A stretch of 46,979 nucleotides of DNA from Candidatus Aenigmatarchaeota archaeon (GTDB taxonomy: Archaea > Aenigmatarchaeota > Aenigmatarchaeia > QMZP01 > QMZT01): contig JAZDFI010000028.1 of assembly GCA_043808015.1 (NCBI GenBank), positions 1-46,979 of the forward strand, given 5' to 3'. Every line of letters starts with the position of its first letter. Within the stretch, counting starts at the first letter, position 1. A program made the translations under genes and the position numbers. The notes below the pieces were generated by a model, which was not told the origin of the DNA, did not search any database, and saw nothing but the letters and a program-made list of their open reading frames with translations. Below, piece by piece: positions 36,426 to 46,268 of this stretch.

Positions 36426-37016
36426 TCAGCCCTTCCTGCCGCGCTTCTCGAGGAGCTTCCTTATCTTGACCAGCTCGCCGACAACGTCCGCCGGCTCGTC
36501 TTTATCGTATGTCTCGACTGCGATTGGCTTCTGGCCGCGGACGTAAGTAATTATTACATCGCGTATCTCGTCGAAGTTGGTCATGCCGTCTATGCGTATC
36601 TCGGACGTCCTCGCGTTCGGAGCCGAGTATCCGGCAGTCTGCACCTTTATGGAAGCTATGCCCAGTTTCCTGGAGACCGGCCCCTGATCGATGTCGACGT
36701 TGGTTATCCTGTTGTACGGGACGACGCCCGTCTTCCTGAACCACACGCCTCTCTTCCATACCATTTCGCTGTGGTTGAACCTGTATGATATCGTCTTGAA
36801 ATACATGGGTATCCACACCAGCGCTATGACGAACCCTATGAGCACGGGTATGCCAGGGAATATGGCAATGACAAACAAAGCGTCGTATACGCCGAACGCC
36901 AGGAACGGCACGATGAACAAAAGCACGAATATCGCCATGCCTGCAAAAAGATACATGTAATACAATTTCCTAAGCTGGACGGACGGTTTGATGTCCTGTC
37001 CCAATTTTACCACCAT
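36426..37016 (-). CDS. Membrane protein with a bacterial PH (bPH_2) domain
   Basis: Two TM helices followed by RGVWFRK...VPYNRITNVDIDQGP...GIASIKVQTAG. Confidence 0.85.
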   Translation of the reverse strand: MVVKLGQDIKPSVQLRKLYYMYLFAGMAIFVLLFIVPFLAFGVYDALFVIAIFPGIPVLIGFVIALVWIPMYFKTISYRFNHSEMVWKRGVWFRKTGVVPYNRITNVDIDQGPVSRKLGIASIKVQTAGYSAPNARTSEIRIDGMTNFDEIRDVIITYVRGQKPIAVETYDKDEPADVVGELVKIRKLLEKRGRKG

Positions 37017-37070
37017 ATCATCACCACTTTTATTTTTGTAGTTCTCATTTAAAAAAGAAAAGTGAAAATG

Positions 37071-38120
37071 TTAGAATGGCCTGCTGTCGCGTCTGAGCCG
37101 CATTACGCCAGACGCCGCGGATATCTGGTCGCATATGCTTTCTATGGCGCTTTCTTCCATCTTCGCGGCCTGGTCCGCCTCTATGAGAACGCTGGGGAAG
37201 CCGTAGCCCGCGTGGTGGGAAGATATGGCCAGTATTTTACCGGCGAATGCATCGGCGTCGTTTTCGCCACCCATGAAATCGACCCTCACGGGCCTGTCGA
37301 ACTTCGCGGTCTTCAGGTAGAACGTGAATATCCTGCCGGCGAAGCTGCCGAACTCCTTCGCTAGCGGGTGCTCGCCGCTTTCGTCGATGTCGGCATACGG
37401 GAAAGCGAACGTGCGCTCGCCCTCATCGAGCATCCAGAAAAGCAGGCCGGTGTCTCTAGCGTTTGCAAAGGCGCCTTTTGCCCATTCGTTTTGGCCATCG
37501 CTAGCGAACGTCTTGCCGGCGAGATCGCAGAACCTCGTGCCCCTCGAATCTTCTACCACGCCCGCGAGCATTATGCCGTTTTCCGAGCAGAACGAAAAAA
37601 GGCGATTGTAAAGCGCGATGAGCTCGTCGAAGCTCTCGCGGACTTTCGAATTCTTAGCCGGCCTGTCAGAATAGTGAGGGACGATCGAGCCGTCGAGGAG
37701 CAGAAGCGCCGGCTTGAATTTTTCCGCGGTCGCTAGCGCATTGCGTATCTCCAGCTTCTGCCTTATGATGGAGGCGGAGTGAACCCAGTCTAGCTCATTA
37801 AGCGATTCAAGCACGAACAGCTCCGGTTCGGGCATTCGCTCCGGATGGTATTCGGCTTTCTTCACTTTTCCGTTTTCGTATGTGAAGCACGCGCCAACGG
37901 CGCGGGCCATGATCAGGTCGAAGCCGTGCAGACTGCGTTTGACGATTCCGCCGTCCACGCCGGCGATTTTGATGCCGTCCGGAAGCGAAGTGGTGACTTT
38001 GTGCGCCAACCCGAAGCCCGGTTCCGCCTTCCTGAGAAACGTCGCGAGCTTCCTTCTGCCGGACTCCGCGCTGGTTATTCTCTCCGTAACTTCGCGTATC
38101 CTGGCATGCACGTGTTCCAT
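37071..38120 (-). CDS. nurA: DNA double-strand break repair nuclease NurA
   Basis: AGVDGG, LLLDGS, GVVEDS and C-terminal GYGFPSVLIEAD. Confidence 0.85.
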   Translation of the reverse strand: MEHVHARIREVTERITSAESGRRKLATFLRKAEPGFGLAHKVTTSLPDGIKIAGVDGGIVKRSLHGFDLIMARAVGACFTYENGKVKKAEYHPERMPEPELFVLESLNELDWVHSASIIRQKLEIRNALATAEKFKPALLLLDGSIVPHYSDRPAKNSKVRESFDELIALYNRLFSFCSENGIMLAGVVEDSRGTRFCDLAGKTFASDGQNEWAKGAFANARDTGLLFWMLDEGERTFAFPYADIDESGEHPLAKEFGSFAGRIFTFYLKTAKFDRPVRVDFMGGENDADAFAGKILAISSHHAGYGFPSVLIEADQAAKMEESAIESICDQISAASGVMRLRRDSRPF

Positions 38121-38233
38121 GCTCGTTTTTTGTTTCGCGTATTAAAAACGGTTTTTGGCAGAAGACCCGCTTATCAGATTTGACAGTTTTAACCACCACT
38201 TAGTTTTAAAAACTTAGATTCCAGATACTCATC

Positions 38234-39439
38234 ATGCCATACAAGGGTAATAGCGTAGTCGCTGTCATGCTGGTCGGAGGCAGTGCTAAAAGGCTCTGGC
38301 CTTACACCGGGCCATGGCAGTCCAAGGCGACGCTGAGGGTAGCCGGCAAAAGGCTCGCATACTACAACGCCGATTTGATAGATGACGCGAACATAGACCG
38401 TCTTGTCGTGCCGGTTCAATTCAACAGTGATGAGGTTCGCAAGAAGCTCACGTTCGAAGGTTACAGGTTCGAAAACAACGTGGAATTTACCAAAGCTAAC
38501 CAGTTGTATTTTCCTAATGACATAAGGCCACATTTTAGGGGCACTGCCGACGCGGTTAAACAATCCGAGGAAGCGCTTAAAGGCTTCAAATACATGATCA
38601 TCGTCCCGTGCGACCACATAACAAACGTCGATTACAGCGAGTTGGTGAAAAAGGCAATATTCAACTGGGAAAACTATGGAGCTATATCGACGGTAGGCGC
38701 GATGACAAAAGACGAGAAGGAAATAAAGGAGACTTTCGGCAATCCCAAAATAGACGAAAACGGCCGGGTAACCGGATGGGCAGAGAAACCCAAAGAGCCG
38801 ATTTCCAACATCGCGAGTCTTGGAATTTACGCGTGCCCCGTGGAGCCGATGCTTAAGGCCATGGAACTGTCGGGAGGTTTTGATTTCGGCGAGCACGTGA
38901 TGAAATACGTGATGGATAAAGGCCTGCTTTACGTGCATTATTATCCCGGGGAAAAATACTACTGGAACGACGTGGGGCAGCCGCAACTGCTGCTGAAAGC
39001 GAACATGGACCTGATAGACGGGGTGAAGGGCATAAAGATACCTCTGGTAAAGGTGGACAGGGTCAAAACGGGCTTCGGAGGCCTGATAGAAAATTCAATC
39101 GTATCCAAAGACGAGCCGGTGATATACGGCAGCGTCAGGCACTCGGTTGTCGGCGATCACTGCACCATAGCGCCGGACGTGGAAATATCGGATTCTGTGC
39201 TGATGGGAACGAACATCATACTAAGAACGGGCGGGAACGGTGCGAAAGGCATGGAAATAAGAAATAGCGTCATAGGAAAGTACTCGGTTGTTTCTGACAG
39301 CAGCCCTCTCGACGGAGTTTTCATAGGAAAGGCGTCCAAAATACATGGATGTAAAATAAAGAACGGTGTTAAGATCGACTCGGACACCGTGAGATTCAAT
39401 GAAAAGATAGACGGGGACCTCAAGCTCAAGGAATGGTAA
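38234..39439 (+). CDS. Sugar-1-phosphate nucleotidyltransferase, GlgC-like, with a C-terminal beta-helix
   Basis: GGSAKRLWPYT, FRGTADAV, DHI, EKP, ASLGIY, DFGEHV and YWNDVG; hexapeptide-like tail. Confidence 0.8.
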   Translation: MPYKGNSVVAVMLVGGSAKRLWPYTGPWQSKATLRVAGKRLAYYNADLIDDANIDRLVVPVQFNSDEVRKKLTFEGYRFENNVEFTKANQLYFPNDIRPHFRGTADAVKQSEEALKGFKYMIIVPCDHITNVDYSELVKKAIFNWENYGAISTVGAMTKDEKEIKETFGNPKIDENGRVTGWAEKPKEPISNIASLGIYACPVEPMLKAMELSGGFDFGEHVMKYVMDKGLLYVHYYPGEKYYWNDVGQPQLLLKANMDLIDGVKGIKIPLVKVDRVKTGFGGLIENSIVSKDEPVIYGSVRHSVVGDHCTIAPDVEISDSVLMGTNIILRTGGNGAKGMEIRNSVIGKYSVVSDSSPLDGVFIGKASKIHGCKIKNGVKIDSDTVRFNEKIDGDLKLKEW

Positions 39440-39567
39440 GTGCCAAAGCCGATTAGCTTTGCTGCGTGTAATCTTATTATGTATTATAATACATATTTTT
39501 TATCTATAGTATATACAAAATTATATAAAGGCCCGGATAACAATAATTGTTAATAAATCGAATATAG

Positions 39568-39909
39568 GTGGACTTGTTCATGTCTTTCAACCAGATTGAA
39601 AACGCTTTCCTCGGGGCGGCAATTGACAGTCTGAGGAAACAGAACAGAATCATCGGAGCGTATAGGAACTTCGGCCTTGGGAAAGTGTCTTTAATGGTTC
39701 TGAGTGGCGATGACGGATGGGACTATCTGGCTCCGGCAATAACTGAGGAATCGAGAATATGCGTGCCTCACCCGGACTTCGAACCTGTAAAATGCTATCC
39801 GCCAACACCGCAAAGTCCGACCGAAACGACGTATGACCACTTTCTCAGGCACAAGCATGAAGTGGGCGAACCAGCGAACGGCGTTAATTTGAAAAATATC
39901 CGGTTGTGA
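39568..39909 (+). CDS. Hypothetical protein
   Basis: ORF follows an AT-rich promoter-like gap and is co-oriented with rnz. Confidence 0.5.
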   Translation: MDLFMSFNQIENAFLGAAIDSLRKQNRIIGAYRNFGLGKVSLMVLSGDDGWDYLAPAITEESRICVPHPDFEPVKCYPPTPQSPTETTYDHFLRHKHEVGEPANGVNLKNIRL

Positions 39910-39960
39910 AAGATTTCTGGTTTGCCCGGAATTATTAAATAACGGCTACAATTACTTTCT

Positions 39961-40893
39961 ATGCTAGACATGACGTTCCTCGGGACGGGCAGCGGGCCGC
40001 CGACAAAAACGCGCAACCATTCGGCGATTTACCTGCACTACGACACGCACAACATACTCTTCGACTGCGGCGAAGGGACTCAGCGCCAGATGATTATAGC
40101 GAATGGCATATCGTTCATGAAGCTGGACCACATTTTCATAACCCACTGGCACGCGGACCACTGGGTCGGCCTTATCGGGCTGCTTTACACGATGAATCTC
40201 GAAGGGCGGTCGCGTCCTCTGTATATTCACGGCCCGGATGCGGAGCGCTTCATAGGCGACATTCTTGACCTCGATTACTGGGGTTCCGGGTTCAGGGTCG
40301 TTCCCAAGGACGTGCCGTCTGAAGGCAATATTGAAACGAAAATACTCGAAAACGACGAGTTCGAGATAACATCAATCCCGACCAGGCATTCCGTGCCTTC
40401 CGTCGCTTTCGCCTTCCGCGAGAAGGACAAAGTCAACGTAGACATAGAGAAAGCGGAAAAGCTTTACGGCCTCAAGCAGGGCAAGCTGATAGGCACGCTG
40501 AAATACAAGGGAGAGGTCGAGATCAAGGGCAGGAAAATAAAGCTCGAAGACGTCGGCGTCCGCAAGCCCGGCATAAAAGTCGTATATTCGGGCGATACGG
40601 AGCCCTGTCAGAACATGCTTGCGTTCTCGAAAGACGCGGACGTCCTCATACACGACGCGACCTTCATCGAGACGAAGGAGGACATGATGCATTCCGGCGC
40701 GAAGGAAGCCGCGGAGATCGCGAAGAAGGCCGGAGTGAAAAACCTGATTCTCACACATTTCTCCAGGCGCTACACGGACCTCAGGGAAATCGAGGCTGAG
40801 GCGAAAAAGGTTTTCCACAATTCTGTCGTGGCGAGAGACTTCATGACCGTCGCTGTCAGGCATGACGGCATAAAAATCGGAAAGGCTGTTTAG
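39961..40893 (+). CDS. rnz: Ribonuclease Z
   Basis: FLGTGSGPP, FDCGEGTQRQ, THWHADH, SGDTEP, HDATF and THFSRRY. Confidence 0.95.
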   Translation: MLDMTFLGTGSGPPTKTRNHSAIYLHYDTHNILFDCGEGTQRQMIIANGISFMKLDHIFITHWHADHWVGLIGLLYTMNLEGRSRPLYIHGPDAERFIGDILDLDYWGSGFRVVPKDVPSEGNIETKILENDEFEITSIPTRHSVPSVAFAFREKDKVNVDIEKAEKLYGLKQGKLIGTLKYKGEVEIKGRKIKLEDVGVRKPGIKVVYSGDTEPCQNMLAFSKDADVLIHDATFIETKEDMMHSGAKEAAEIAKKAGVKNLILTHFSRRYTDLREIEAEAKKVFHNSVVARDFMTVAVRHDGIKIGKAV

Positions 40894-40918
40894 TTTTTAT
40901 TCAGATAATCGGTTTTAT

Positions 40919-41311
40919 TCAGGCGACGGGCATGCGCGCCGTCATGAGACTCGATAAATCTATCTTGTATTTGCCGGAGCCTATCCTTATCACGATGGGC
41001 TTCTGGGAAAAAAGGTTGGTCAGGTCGATGCGGTATTGGCCCGGCTTTATGACGCGTATTGCCTCGACGTCGAGCATGACCGTCTCGTCGTCATCGACGT
41101 CGCGCTCGGTTTCGGAGACGATGAAGCGGATGTCGCTCTCTATGTGCTCCACGTCTTCCTGCGTGAGTGAGCCTATGTCCTTCTCGGCCTGGACCAGCGA
41201 CTCTTCCTTGACGAAGAAGAAGAATCTCGAGCCGCAATCGCATCCCGTCTTGAGCAGGTATGGAGCTTCGTCCGGATGCAGCTTCCCGCAACGCGTGCAT
41301 TTATTCGGCAT
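40919..41311 (-). CDS. oapC: Zn-ribbon protein OapC (DUF2072-like)
   Basis: MPNKCTRCG...GCDCGSRFF and EAIRVIKPGQYRIDL...GSGKYKIDL; synteny with oapAB. Confidence 0.8.
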   Translation of the reverse strand: MPNKCTRCGKLHPDEAPYLLKTGCDCGSRFFFFVKEESLVQAEKDIGSLTQEDVEHIESDIRFIVSETERDVDDDETVMLDVEAIRVIKPGQYRIDLTNLFSQKPIVIRIGSGKYKIDLSSLMTARMPVA

Positions 41312-41388
41312 TGATAATCACGGTTTTCACGAAAAATTTTGTAATTTTGATATTATGTGGCAAAAAGCTAATAAGTTGCAAGCTTCTG

Positions 41389-42885
41389 TTACACCATCAA
41401 CAAAAACAGCCAAAGTGGTACATAGATAATCTTGCTTTCTTTGTCATATTCTAATTTATCTACAGTTACAACAAAACCGAATGGAGCTTTGTTGTTATTT
41501 TTTACGAAATTATAGATTGCCTTCAAATCAGATTTCTCAATTCTGTTCCTGTATTTGACTTCTATAGGCAAAACATATTTCTTGCATTCGAAAATTATGT
41601 CTATTTCATCGCCGTTTTCCCTCCAATAGAAAGCATCGCTTCTCGTGCCACCAGTAAGATTGAACTTGAGTCGTATGCAGTGATTTAAGACCACAGTTTC
41701 AACGAGTTTACCAAGTTCATTGCCATTCTGCAGAACAGAATCATCAAATGAATTGTTTATGACGTTTCTCAGACCGACATCATTTATGTACACTTTCTTT
41801 ATCTTTTTTCTCACTCTGTTACCTTTTCCTACTCTGAAATTTTCAGAGATGGATATGACAAATGTGTCCTCCAAAAATCCTATGTACTCCGTTATGATTG
41901 TGCCTGTTTCTTCAAGGTCGCTGCTTATTTTGCCCACATTGAGCATTTCAGACGTGTTTCTTGCCAGATACACGAGAAGTGATTCCATCAGTTGTGTTTT
42001 TCTTATAAGAGCGGTTGCCTTTATGTCCGAATTTATGACATCTTTGTAATTAGTCGTCAGGGTTTCTATACATTTCTTCGAATTGGTATCTTTTACTACA
42101 GCTGGATATCCGCCTTTTTTGATATAGTTTTTTAGCAGACTTTTTAGGTAATTTTCCTGTAACATCAAACTCTTGTATGCGTCATAGAAACCGGAATAAA
42201 TATGATTTATGTCTTTTTCCGTAATTTCCATTTTTTCTATGACAAGTCTCAAATTATCCCTCAACGTATTTCTGATTAAAACGAAGTTTTCAGATTTTTC
42301 GTTGCGAGTGAATTTGTCGTATCTTATAGTCTCCAAAAACTTGAAAGGCACCACTATCTGGTTTATGGCTCTGCCGACAAACGGTTTGGTGCTGTCCATG
42401 ATTATTTTTGCGCTTGAAGAACCGGATATTATAAATTTTATTTTTTTGTTTATATCGTACCAGCTCTTGACGGTCTGAGCCCAGTTTTCTATTTTTTGCA
42501 CTTCGTCTATCAGAACATAAATTCTATGATTTATGCGGCTGATTTCTTCCTTGAGAACGTATTCCTGATAAACCTGCAGAGAGTCCTCTATGGGATTCTT
42601 TGAAACCGCGTTTAAACCCGAATTATCCGCCCTGACAAACAATATGTTTTCCGGTTTTTCCTCCCCTAAAACGTGTTCTATCAGCTGTTCCATTATTGTC
42701 GTTTTGCCAACCTGTCTTGCTCCGACTATGGTAATTATTTCATTATCATGCAGACGGCTCTTTGTCGCCTCTAAATCCAGACGTCTGAACTCTTCTACAT
42801 TCTCAATTCTGCCCGTTTCCCACCACGGGTTAAAAGTTTTCAATATCCTTAATATTTCTCTTGATTTTTCCAATTCCATTTTCAT
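41389..42885 (-). CDS. AAA+ ATPase (AAA_14 + DUF4143 type) with a C-terminal PD-(D/E)xK-like motif
   Basis: FNPWW, GARQVGKTT Walker A, LIDEVQ Walker B, SGSS, GGYP and EIDII...PIEVKY; markedly AT-rich. Confidence 0.88.
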   Translation of the reverse strand: MKMELEKSREILRILKTFNPWWETGRIENVEEFRRLDLEATKSRLHDNEIITIVGARQVGKTTIMEQLIEHVLGEEKPENILFVRADNSGLNAVSKNPIEDSLQVYQEYVLKEEISRINHRIYVLIDEVQKIENWAQTVKSWYDINKKIKFIISGSSSAKIIMDSTKPFVGRAINQIVVPFKFLETIRYDKFTRNEKSENFVLIRNTLRDNLRLVIEKMEITEKDINHIYSGFYDAYKSLMLQENYLKSLLKNYIKKGGYPAVVKDTNSKKCIETLTTNYKDVINSDIKATALIRKTQLMESLLVYLARNTSEMLNVGKISSDLEETGTIITEYIGFLEDTFVISISENFRVGKGNRVRKKIKKVYINDVGLRNVINNSFDDSVLQNGNELGKLVETVVLNHCIRLKFNLTGGTRSDAFYWRENGDEIDIIFECKKYVLPIEVKYRNRIEKSDLKAIYNFVKNNNKAPFGFVVTVDKLEYDKESKIIYVPLWLFLLMV

Positions 42886-42984
42886 CACTTTTAACTATAT
42901 ACATCTTATATTTTTATGTTTTAATGCATTTATACATACATTAAATATCTATTTTATTATATTTATAGATATATAAAGCTTTTT

Positions 42985-43323
42985 TCAGAAATAAAGCATT
43001 AATTCCTCAGGCTTCTGCTCTATCCTGCGTATGAGCTTCGCCGGGCCTATCAGCGTGATGCCGCGCTTCTTGCCGGAAAGCTTCTCCAAAAGCGACGACC
43101 TCAGCTTGCCGCCGATGTCTACGTGCGCGAAATCGATGGAGCCGAGCTCTATGCCCGCGAAGCGCTGGTTTATGGCGCGCATGGTCTCCTGTATCAGCTC
43201 CGCCTCTTCCTTCGGCGAGAGCTTCGCATCGACGACGATTATCATCCCTTCTTTTAGCTCTTCAAGAACGGATGCGTGATTGCCTTTCAGCTTCTCGTAT
43301 GGGACGAACTTTATCCTCATCAT
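42985..43323 (-). CDS. oapB: OapB (DUF2073-like)
   Basis: LSPKEEAELIQETM...FAGIE...GITLIGPA; lies downstream of the Era-like GTPase. Confidence 0.8.
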   Translation of the reverse strand: MMRIKFVPYEKLKGNHASVLEELKEGMIIVVDAKLSPKEEAELIQETMRAINQRFAGIELGSIDFAHVDIGGKLRSSLLEKLSGKKRGITLIGPAKLIRRIEQKPEELMLYF

Positions 43324-43339
43324 ATAGATTCTTCCTTGG

Positions 43340-43981
43340 TCAAAGTCTGTTGAGCATCATCTTGTAAAGCTCCTGCATCATGTCTCCGTTCTTCGCCGAG
43401 ACTCCCAATACGTCATAGCCGGGGAATGAGTTGCGTATCTTTGTCGTGTCCGACTTCTTCAGGTCTATCTTGTTCGAGACGATTATGAAGGGGATTTTCC
43501 TCGCGTCGAGGTTGCCCAGAATCGTTATGTTAACCTGGCTCATCGGGTTCCTGGTCGAGTCCATAACGACTAGTACCATGTCCATGTCGTTGAGCCATTT
43601 TATCGACTCTATCACGCCGCGCGTCGCTTCTTTCGCGCGCTGCTTCGCTTCTTCATCGGCGAGACCGTGCTTTATGAAATCCTCGAAGTCGATTCTCGTC
43701 GCGATGCCCGGAGTGTCAACAAGATTGAACGCGAGCGATTTCCCGTCGAGCTTCATCGTGACCTTCTCCTTTATCTGAATCTCGCGGGTCTCGTGCGGCA
43801 CGACGGAAGCGGCGCCCAGCTCTTCGCCCAGCCAGTCCATGCATATCTTGTTCGCGAGCGTGGTCTTGCCGGAATTGACCGGGCCGTAGAGGCCTATCTT
43901 CAGGTTCTTCCGCTTCCTGAATATGGACAGGACTAGCGACGAAAAGCTGTTCTTTACCTTTCTGATATGCCTCAGCATCAT
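43340..43981 (-). CDS. oapA: Era-like GTP-binding protein OapA
   Basis: IGLYGPVNSGKTTLAN, PHETR, DTPG, NKIDL and SAK. The ORF-track 5' extension overlaps dus and is rejected. Confidence 0.85.
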   Translation of the reverse strand: MMLRHIRKVKNSFSSLVLSIFRKRKNLKIGLYGPVNSGKTTLANKICMDWLGEELGAASVVPHETREIQIKEKVTMKLDGKSLAFNLVDTPGIATRIDFEDFIKHGLADEEAKQRAKEATRGVIESIKWLNDMDMVLVVMDSTRNPMSQVNITILGNLDARKIPFIIVSNKIDLKKSDTTKIRNSFPGYDVLGVSAKNGDMMQELYKMMLNRL

Positions 43982-44084
43982 GACCAGCGACCTAAAAATT
44001 TTGTGATTAAAAAATTGGCACGTCTGTAAATATAAATAAACGCCGTCTCGACGCTTATTACGCCAGCCATCATATTCTCGTTTG

Positions 44085-44918
44085 ATGACGTTTCTATTCA
44101 TGCTGGCGCCAATGGAAAACATCACTGACAGCGCTTTCAGGGAGCTGTGCTTCCGGCACGGTGCAGACCTGACTTTCACTGTGATGGCCAGGCTTTCAGG
44201 CCTGGCTGCGCAGAACAGAAATACTGAAAGTAAAATAGAGCTGCTCAACGATGTCCCCTCGCAGATTCAGCTCGTGGCGCTGAGGGAGGATGACCTGAAA
44301 TCGTTCCTCGGGCGCTTCGAGCCTGCTGGAGGATTCGCTGGTTTCAATTTCAACATCGGCTGCCCAAGCCCGCAATATGTGAGTCAGGGATTGGGATGCG
44401 CGATGATGAAGCGGGTGTCGAAGCTGAACAGGATGGTGAGTATCGTAAAGGCTCACGGGTATCCGTGCTCCGTAAAGATGCGCCTCGGCATGAACCTTTT
44501 CGAGAAGCAGAGAAAGGTGTATCTCAACGTCATTCGAAACGTCAGCGCGGATTTTTTCATCGTACATGCGAGGCACGGCGCCGAGAATTACGAAGCGAAA
44601 CCGGACTATTCAGTCATGCCTGAGTGCGTCGCGACAGGCAAGGACATCATAGCGAACGGTAACATCGACTCGGCCGAGAAAATCGCCCTCGTGAGGGATA
44701 TGGGCGTCAAAGGCGTGATGATCGGCAGGGCGGCTGTGCGCGACCCGGGCATATTCGGGCGTCTTAAGGGGATGGAAGAGCCGGGAGCCGAAGAATTGAG
44801 AAACGAATACGCCATGCTGGCGGACAAATACGGTGCAATCAACAAATACAGGAGCAACGTCATGAGACGACTTGGTCAGCAAAACGTCATTAAAGAAAAA
44901 AACAATGAAATGGGCTGA
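44085..44918 (+). CDS. dus: tRNA-dihydrouridine synthase family protein
   Basis: LAPMENITDSAFR, NFNIGCP, SVKMRLG, VHAR, IANGNI and GVMIGRAA. Confidence 0.9.
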   Translation: MTFLFMLAPMENITDSAFRELCFRHGADLTFTVMARLSGLAAQNRNTESKIELLNDVPSQIQLVALREDDLKSFLGRFEPAGGFAGFNFNIGCPSPQYVSQGLGCAMMKRVSKLNRMVSIVKAHGYPCSVKMRLGMNLFEKQRKVYLNVIRNVSADFFIVHARHGAENYEAKPDYSVMPECVATGKDIIANGNIDSAEKIALVRDMGVKGVMIGRAAVRDPGIFGRLKGMEEPGAEELRNEYAMLADKYGAINKYRSNVMRRLGQQNVIKEKNNEMG

Positions 44919-44986
44919 ATTAGTTTCTGGCGAAACAATGATATAAATCGCAGCGCCAATTATCCCAATATATTTGAGGTGATATT

Positions 44987-45262
44987 ATGGCAAATCAAGT
45001 GCATTGCGCCCACATTCTTGTGAAAACCATGCCCGAGGCCGAGGAAATTTACAGGAGAATCAGCAACGGTGAAAATTTCTCCAATCTCGCCAAGGAAAAA
45101 TCGCAGTGTCCTTCCGGGAAGAGAGGCGGCGACCTTGGAACGTTCGGCAGAGGGCGAATGGTAAGGGAGTTTGAAAAGGCGGCATTCGAGCTCGAAAAGG
45201 GTCAGATATCAAAGCCGGTAAAAACGCAGTTCGGATGGCACGTAATAAAGAGACTTGAATAA
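44987..45262 (+). CDS. Parvulin-type peptidyl-prolyl cis-trans isomerase
   Basis: HILVK, SQCPSGKRGGDLGTF, MVREFEKAAF and TQFGWHVI. Confidence 0.92.
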   Translation: MANQVHCAHILVKTMPEAEEIYRRISNGENFSNLAKEKSQCPSGKRGGDLGTFGRGRMVREFEKAAFELEKGQISKPVKTQFGWHVIKRLE

Positions 45263-45292
45263 AATGCAAACATGACATTTTATCATGATAAA

Positions 45293-45365
<73 letters not shown>

Positions 45366-45374
45366 ATATCGTGT

Positions 45375-45881
45375 TCAGAATTTCTTGAAGAAATCCTCTT
45401 CCTTCTCATCATCTTCTTCTTTTTGCTTCTTGCCGGATTTCGGCTGCTCTTCAGAAAAGTGGCTTATGTTCGCCACTATTCTCTTCGTAGTCTCGGCGAA
45501 CATCTCGCTGGACAGCTTCTTGGTGGGCAGTATGCTCTCGAGCCCCGGTGGCCCCTCGGACAGGAACCTTGGAATGACGTGGAAATGGACGTGCGGTATC
45601 ACTTGGCCCGCGGCCCGCTCGTTGCTCTGGCCTATCGATACGCCGTCCGCTTTCATTCCCTTCTTTACCGCGATTGCCATCTTCTTGACAATCTTTGAAA
45701 GCTCGCCCAGTTCATGGTCCGGCATCTGCATGATCGTCTCGTAATGCTTCTTGGGCATGACCAGCGTGTGGCCGGGGTTCCTGGGGTTGATGTCGAGGAA
45801 AGCGATATGCTCGGAATCCTCGTATATTTTCTGCGTAGGGATCTCGCCTTCCGCTATCTTGCAAAACAGGCATTCTTCCAT
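45375..45881 (-). CDS. HIT family hydrolase
   Basis: CLFCKI, FLDINP..PGHTLV and AGQVIPHVHFHVIPR. Confidence 0.93.
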   Translation of the reverse strand: MEECLFCKIAEGEIPTQKIYEDSEHIAFLDINPRNPGHTLVMPKKHYETIMQMPDHELGELSKIVKKMAIAVKKGMKADGVSIGQSNERAAGQVIPHVHFHVIPRFLSEGPPGLESILPTKKLSSEMFAETTKRIVANISHFSEEQPKSGKKQKEEDDEKEEDFFKKF

Positions 45882-45997
45882 ATTATATACCTCTCCCTTC
45901 CGATTTTAAATATTATTCTCCGTCGTTTTTCGCTAGTTTTTTGCTGAACCTTTTATCGTTTTTCGCTAAAGCCTTTTTCTAAAGGCCGTTTTTTGAT

Positions 45998-46020
45998 AAA
46001 CCTTTTTCCTAAAAAGGTTT
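45998..46020. terminator. Hairpin AAACCTTTTT-CCT-AAAAAGGTTT just 3' of tRNA-Pro
   Basis: Perfect 10-bp inverted repeat; a terminator role is inferred only from position. Confidence 0.4.
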
Positions 46021-46021
46021 A

Positions 46022-46096
46022 TGGGGTCACTGAGATTCGAACTCAGGTCTGAAGCTCCCAAAGCTCCGATGCTAGGCCAGGCTACACCATGACCCC
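46022..46096 (-). tRNA. tRNA-Pro(UGG)
   Basis: GGGGTCA...GGAGC-TT-TGG-GA-GCTTC...CTGAG-TTCGAAT-CTCAG-TGACCCC-A. Confidence 0.93.
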
Positions 46097-46160
46097 GTAG
46101 TTAAGATAAATAACAACAGTTTATTAATATAATTATTCTGTAATATTCCATATAACTTGC

Positions 46161-46268
46161 GCCTCAGTAGCTCAGTGGTAATTTCGATGAAGCATTCGTA
46201 TGCTTCAGTCGCTAAAGAGCGATCGCCTCGTAAGCGATAGGCCGAGGGTTCAATCCCCTCCTGGGGCT
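46161..46268 (+). tRNA. tRNA-Thr(CGU) with a 36-nt D-loop intron (~46180-46215)
   Basis: Acceptor stem GCCTCAG/CTGGGGC. Anticodon arm ATCGC-CT-CGT-AA-GCGAT. The D-arm GCTCAGTGGT|AGAGC is interrupted by a TGAAGCA/TGCTTCA hairpin. Confidence 0.9.

Noticed and set aside
43982-44084. Replication origin next to oapA
   Set aside because: The spacer is only about 100 bp, with no ORB repeats and no cdc6/orc1 gene in the window.
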